Origin: Candidatus Scatovivens sp.
GTDB lineage: Bacteria > Bacillota > Clostridia > TANB77 > CAG-508
Direction: 5' to 3'
Assembly (NCBI GenBank): GCA_045646345.1
Contig: JAZRKN010000015.1
Coordinates: 192,001 to 256,000, forward strand
DNA: 64,000 bases
Shown here piece by piece: positions 61,307 to 64,000 of this stretch; position 1 is the stretch's first letter; the number at the start of each line of letters is the position of its first letter. Position numbers and translations under genes: made by a program. A model generated the notes under the pieces. It did not search any database. It had not been told where the DNA came from and saw nothing but the letters and a program-made list of their open reading frames with translations.

Positions 61307-62380
61307 TTATTCAACTTCCATTACTTTATCTATTTTATCAAACCATTTATCAAATTTCTTAATTTTAAAAATTGGTTCTTCTATAATTTTAACTCTAATT
61401 AATTCTATTAATGTACCTATTAAATAAATAGCAATTACAGATCCAATAATATGTAATATTAATATATATGGTTCTGCATTATAGAAACTTTCTACTTCAA
61501 ATATTTTTTTCCAAAAAGCTTCTCTGAAATAAGAATCATGAAATAGATATACACCAAAACTTGTTTTTCCTAATAAGTTTATAAATTTATTATTTGAAAC
61601 ATCCAAATTTTCAAATAATAAAAACATAAATATAGATATAAAAAATGGAATTAGATAATTCATTTCTATAACTTGATAAATTCTTGAAAATTGTTTTGAA
61701 TCCGTTTGACTAATATATGTAATACCACAAACTACTATGGCATAAACAATATATAATCCTATCACCCACCATTTTAAAGTAGATTTTTTTATTTTATTTA
61801 TTCCATATAATTGTATGTATGCCCCAAGCATATACAGGAAAATAAACCATTGTAAATTTCCCATAAACTTAGTAATTGATGTTATTGTTGGTATTACGCA
61901 AAATAAAATAAATAAGATTATGAATAACACCTGAAGATTTTTCTGAGAAACACTTTTAATAAATTTATTTATAAAAGGACTTAATATATATAATCCTATA
62001 TATGTTGTTATAAACCAATATGTTCCATAAGTTATTGGAAAAAACGTATATTTTATAATTTGTTTGCTTATATCGTTTTTTATAAAAACATAAATCAAAC
62101 ATAATGGAATTGTATAAGAGAATACTTGAAAAATTAATTTCAAAACTTTTTTCATTTTAAATTTAGAATTAATTAAAAAATATCCACTTATTAATACAAA
62201 TAAATTTACACCTATTTTTCCACTCAAAAAACATAAACTTCCTATATATTTGTTTACAGAAAAGCTTTGAATTGTTAATAGTCCTCCATGTAATGAATAA
62301 TGATGTAATATAATTAATGCCATAGCTATTATTCTTAACAGTTCAAAATTTGATTTTCTTTCTATACATATCTTTTTCAC
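61307..62380 (-). CDS. Acyltransferase-3 family O-acyltransferase
   Basis: RKSNFELLRIIAM, GVNLFVLISGYF, YWFI, SFGVYLFH. Confidence 0.9.
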   Translation of the reverse strand: MKKICIERKSNFELLRIIAMALIILHHYSLHGGLLTIQSFSVNKYIGSLCFLSGKIGVNLFVLISGYFLINSKFKMKKVLKLIFQVFSYTIPLCLIYVFIKNDISKQIIKYTFFPITYGTYWFITTYIGLYILSPFINKFIKSVSQKNLQVLFIILFILFCVIPTITSITKFMGNLQWFIFLYMLGAYIQLYGINKIKKSTLKWWVIGLYIVYAIVVCGITYISQTDSKQFSRIYQVIEMNYLIPFFISIFMFLLFENLDVSNNKFINLLGKTSFGVYLFHDSYFREAFWKKIFEVESFYNAEPYILILHIIGSVIAIYLIGTLIELIRVKIIEEPIFKIKKFDKWFDKIDKVMEVE

Positions 62381-62479
62381 TTCATATCACACTCATTTTA
62401 TAATTTTATTTTTAGAAAAAATATTCATTTTACAAAAAAGAACATTATCTTTACTTTTAAGTTCTCTTTTGTATTTATA

Positions 62480-63625
62480 TTAACTTCTCTTTAAAATCTT
62501 CTTCGCAATTCTCTTGCATTTTCTCAATAATTTTCTAACCAAACTAACCTTCAAGCACTTATTGATATTCTCAATAATAGGCATTTTATCTAAATTTTCA
62601 AAGAATAATTGTCTATTTTTATGCGGTAGTAAATTCCCATGATGATTATATGAAAAAGCATTCTCTTTATCTACTGCTTTAAATTCTATATAATCATTAA
62701 CTTCTTCAAAAATATCTTTAGCTTTTTGAGAATTTACAGTTAATAAAGAAATTCCTGTGTTATCATCTATAACTTCCGGCATTACTTTATCTATTCCCCA
62801 AAAATCACCAATAGTGAAATCAGTTACCCTATTAGTTGTAGAAAATTTACAATCATGGCAAGATGGTCTGTCAAACAATTCTCCTACAAATGCATTGTAA
62901 AATGATTTTTCTTCCATTTTACTTCCATCTTCAAAATATATAATTGGAACAGAATTTTTCCAACCATTTGATTTATCTCTAAAATTAACTCTCAAAATTT
63001 TTTTATTTTCTTTTTCTTCAAGTTCTTTTATATATTTATCAAAAACTTTTTGAGATGGATTAGCATGACAAATAATATCACATACAATTAGTCTTTCATA
63101 TTCTTTACCTAAATATGTTTTTAAAGCATCACATTGACAAGGTGTTCCTGTGAATAACACAAATCTGTCTTGTTTTAAAAATTCTTTTACTTTTTCATAA
63201 GAATTTCCAATATCACTTCTAACATATTTTGAACCTTGAAAATTTTTGCAGCCTTCTAAAGTTTCATAATAGTTATGTTGTACTTTGTGATTTTTACCAT
63301 ATTCTACCCCGAATACAACTCCATTTTTTTCTATAACATATTTAGCTAATATATAAAACATTCCACCAGATGCACTATTATCTAGTTGTTTTTTATTTTT
63401 ATTGATAGCCATATAGGCTTGTTCATTTCCTTTAGAATCATTGTAATTACTACAAATATTTTTACATTTGCCGCAATTTATACACTTTTCTTCATCAATT
63501 TGAGGATAATAAAATCCTTCATTATCTTCTATCATTTTTATTGCACTAGTTGGACATCCTATTGTACAAATCCCACAACCATTACAATCTTTTTTATTTT
63601 TCGTTTCCAAATATAAATTCTTCAT
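62480..63625 (-). CDS. F420 hydrogenase/dehydrogenase beta-subunit family 4Fe-4S protein (polysaccharide-locus type)
   Basis: CNGCGIC...CINCGKC, SASGG, GSKYVRS, GTPCQ, DIICH, RPSCHDC, DFTIGDFWG. Confidence 0.9.
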   Translation of the reverse strand: MKNLYLETKNKKDCNGCGICTIGCPTSAIKMIEDNEGFYYPQIDEEKCINCGKCKNICSNYNDSKGNEQAYMAINKNKKQLDNSASGGMFYILAKYVIEKNGVVFGVEYGKNHKVQHNYYETLEGCKNFQGSKYVRSDIGNSYEKVKEFLKQDRFVLFTGTPCQCDALKTYLGKEYERLIVCDIICHANPSQKVFDKYIKELEEKENKKILRVNFRDKSNGWKNSVPIIYFEDGSKMEEKSFYNAFVGELFDRPSCHDCKFSTTNRVTDFTIGDFWGIDKVMPEVIDDNTGISLLTVNSQKAKDIFEEVNDYIEFKAVDKENAFSYNHHGNLLPHKNRQLFFENLDKMPIIENINKCLKVSLVRKLLRKCKRIAKKILKRS

Positions 63626-63638
63626 CAACTCACCCAAT

Positions 63639-64000
63639 TTATTTCTTTATAATTCTTTTAATAATAGCAATAGTTCCTGCCATTTCATCTGATTTTCTAT
63701 ACGTTAAAATCCATATTAAATTGCTAACTCCAACACAGATTATTCCTCTAATAATCAACGATATTATACTACATCTCGTTATAATATTACAAATCATATA
63801 ACTTAATAATACACTTATAAAAACCGTAATTGTATATTTTAAAAGTTGAATAACATATTTTTTTGCACTCCTATTAAATAACTCTGTAAATAAATTATGT
63901 ATTAACCATGGCATTCCTATAAATAACATTGTTAGTACCGTTGATAATATTACTCCATAAATTCCTATAAAGTTTACAAGTGTTAAATTTAAAATCAAAT
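63639..64000 (-). CDS. Polysaccharide flippase (Wzx/MOP), C-terminal part only
   Basis: NLTL...IGIYGVILST multi-TM C-terminus in a polysaccharide cluster. Confidence 0.7.
   Translation of the reverse strand, partial: LILNLTLVNFIGIYGVILSTVLTMLFIGMPWLIHNLFTELFNRSAKKYVIQLLKYTITVFISVLLSYMICNIITRCSIISLIIRGIICVGVSNLIWILTYRKSDEMAGTIAIIKRIIKK

Noticed and set aside
1-64000. CRISPR array, tRNA, rRNA, transposase, phage structural genes, reverse transcriptase
   Set aside because: No regularly spaced direct repeats, cloverleaf signatures or diagnostic protein motifs were seen.

Overview
Chromosomal window from a very low-GC, spore-forming Clostridia-type bacterium; most genes are on the minus strand. 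The backbone holds a type IV pilus assembly cluster (PilM-N fusion, PilO, PilP-like, pilin-like genes, PilC), fbp, spoVAC-D-E, leuS, infC-rpmI-rplT, HU, a SpoVB/MurJ flippase, pseudouridine synthases, lspA, ssb, rarA, ruvA, rplM-rpsI, a sortase B with its fibro-slime substrate, mntP, a radical SAM gene and the end of a polysaccharide locus. Notable points: (1) about a dozen GC-richer orphan single-gene cassettes with near-consensus promoters and terminators, many carrying TTATGTAAA, the XerD arm of the Firmicute dif site, including two 11-6-11 dif-like sites; (2) an S1-domain gene split by one extra base that creates CGG-A exactly at a conserved Gly; (3) a host-like VirD4/TraG coupling ATPase converging on a degenerate Replic_Relax protein with no other conjugation genes nearby; (4) a MurL/MurD2 alternative peptidoglycan pathway; (5) a defence-like island (RloC-like, PD-(D/E)xK, SLT-like membrane protein, Panacea antitoxin) with several structured non-coding transcription units. 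All assignments come from motif recognition by eye; no searches were run.
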